Source: Zancudomyces culisetae HAW-14-8
Lineage: Eukaryota; Fungi; Kickxellomycota
Length of the DNA: 64,000 bases
Direction of reading: 5' to 3'
NCBI GenBank assembly: GCA_052426225.1
Contig: JBNJNM010000007.1
Location: 310,001-374,000, forward strand
A program made the position numbers and the translations under genes. The notes beneath the pieces were generated by a model. That model was given only the letters and a program-made list of their open reading frames with translations, made no database searches and was not told where the DNA came from. Shown in pieces: positions 62,775 to 64,000 of this stretch; within the stretch, counting starts at the first letter, position 1, and the number at the start of each line of letters is the position of its first letter.

Positions 62775-64000
62775 GAAAACCACAATGGTGAAAACAGATG
62801 TGCAAGCATCTGCAACAATCAGACAATCAGTATGAATAATAGAGATTTACAGTAGATTAACCTACTATACATTATCATCTATATATTCATACGACATCCC
62901 CCCCCCTTAAGGTTCGATAGTCCCTATCGACCTCCTCCTATCTCTCTGATCTCGTAAACTCGAAATTATTCGTGTCGAAATCACATTTGGAATTCCGATC
63001 GTGTTATATGGCTTGAGTCTATCGCCATTGATTATATCGTGATTGTTGTTCAAATCGCGTACCATATATGTTCCATTTTCTAGCACTCTAACTACTTCGT
63101 ATGGCCCCTTCCATTTCTCTGCAAATTTCGATTCTGGAATATCATTGTGCTTTAACACCTGCTGTCCTTCACTAAATTTGTATTCTTTTACATTGCTGTC
63201 GTACCTAAATTTCTCATATTTTTTATTAGTTTTTAGTTTATCTACTGCTAGCTCTCTCAATTCTTTAAAATTTTTATTAACAAATTCAAGTCGCTCTAAT
63301 ATTGCCTCATCTAAGTTTTCATTAGTATTAATGTTATTCCATGACTCTGGTGTAGTGATATTTAAACCATATAATAGCTCTGCAGGCGATTTTTTTGTAA
63401 CCCTATTTTTAGTACTTCTTATAACCAATAAAACTTTCCATAAATATTTATCCCAATTTGTTTTATCATTTTTGCAAATTTTTGAAAGGACATTTTTTAT
63501 GTATTGATTTTGCCTTTCTACTTGACCATTTGATTGTGGTCTATAAGCTGTAGTAGGGTTATGATTTATGCCCATAAATTCATAAAATTCAAGTACTGTG
63601 TCACTTAAGAAGTTGGATCCTCTATCTGTTATCAATTTTTTTGGTATCCCATAATTGGCTATTACGTCGTAAACTAAAAAATTAATTATAGTATCAGATT
63701 GAACTTGTTCAACAGCTCGACAAATCGGCCATTTAGTTAAATAATCTATCGCGGAAATAATGTATCTATTTCCTTCTGTTGAGATTGGATTGATTGGTCC
63801 TATTATGTCTAATCCTATAATTTCGAATGGTTGAGTAGCAATTATTGGGTTTGCTAAATTTTTTCTTATTCTTGATGATTTATATCGTTGACAAATATCG
63901 CAAAAATTAACCACATGTTTTGTAATCTCGAATAATTTTGGTGAATAATATTTTTTCTTAACCAATTCCCATGTATTGTTAATTCCAAGGTGATTTTCAT
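62775..64000 (-). mobile_element. 3' part of another Ty3/Gypsy element (element 4): integrase ORF, PPT and truncated 3' LTR
   Basis: Integrase (CDICQ, GLDIIGP, TDRGSNF, SNGQVER, WKGPY) without chromodomain; PPT AAGGGGGGGGG at 62898-62908; LTR starts TGTCGT at 62896 and is cut at 62775. Confidence 0.88.

Overview
AT-rich eukaryotic nuclear DNA with short GT-AG introns, from a fungus (Fungal_trans domain, fungal GPI proteins). The gene style suggests an early-diverging lineage such as Zoopagomycota/Harpellales, which is inference only. The window has three zones. (1) About 2-25 kb is a dense housekeeping block: SURF4/ERV29, eIF3e, RPC19, enoyl-CoA isomerase, RCM1/NSUN5 (with an intronic TTAGGGG array), an orphan 3' half of NHP2, an intronic SNORD31/snR67-like C/D snoRNA, ETR1/MECR, two paralogous Cys-rich GPI proteins, a UFD1/zinc-finger/AZUL protein and a mitochondrial PPR protein. 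(2) About 25-47 kb is gene-sparse and very AT-rich. It holds three intronless secreted Cys-containing paralogs, a secreted (ICRP)n/Pro/His-rich repeat protein, an F-box-like/ankyrin protein and a Fungal_trans protein with no Zn2Cys6 cluster. (3) About 47.8-64 kb is a nest of Ty3/Gypsy LTR retrotransposons: one intact young chromovirus (412-bp LTRs that look identical, ATTCC target-site duplication, -1 frameshift with pseudoknot, apparent tRNA-independent self-priming), three degenerate or partial elements, and two solo LTRs. The most notable candidates are the self-priming chromovirus with hairpin-rich LTRs, the secreted-protein island, and the orphan NHP2 half next to snoRNA-host transcription.
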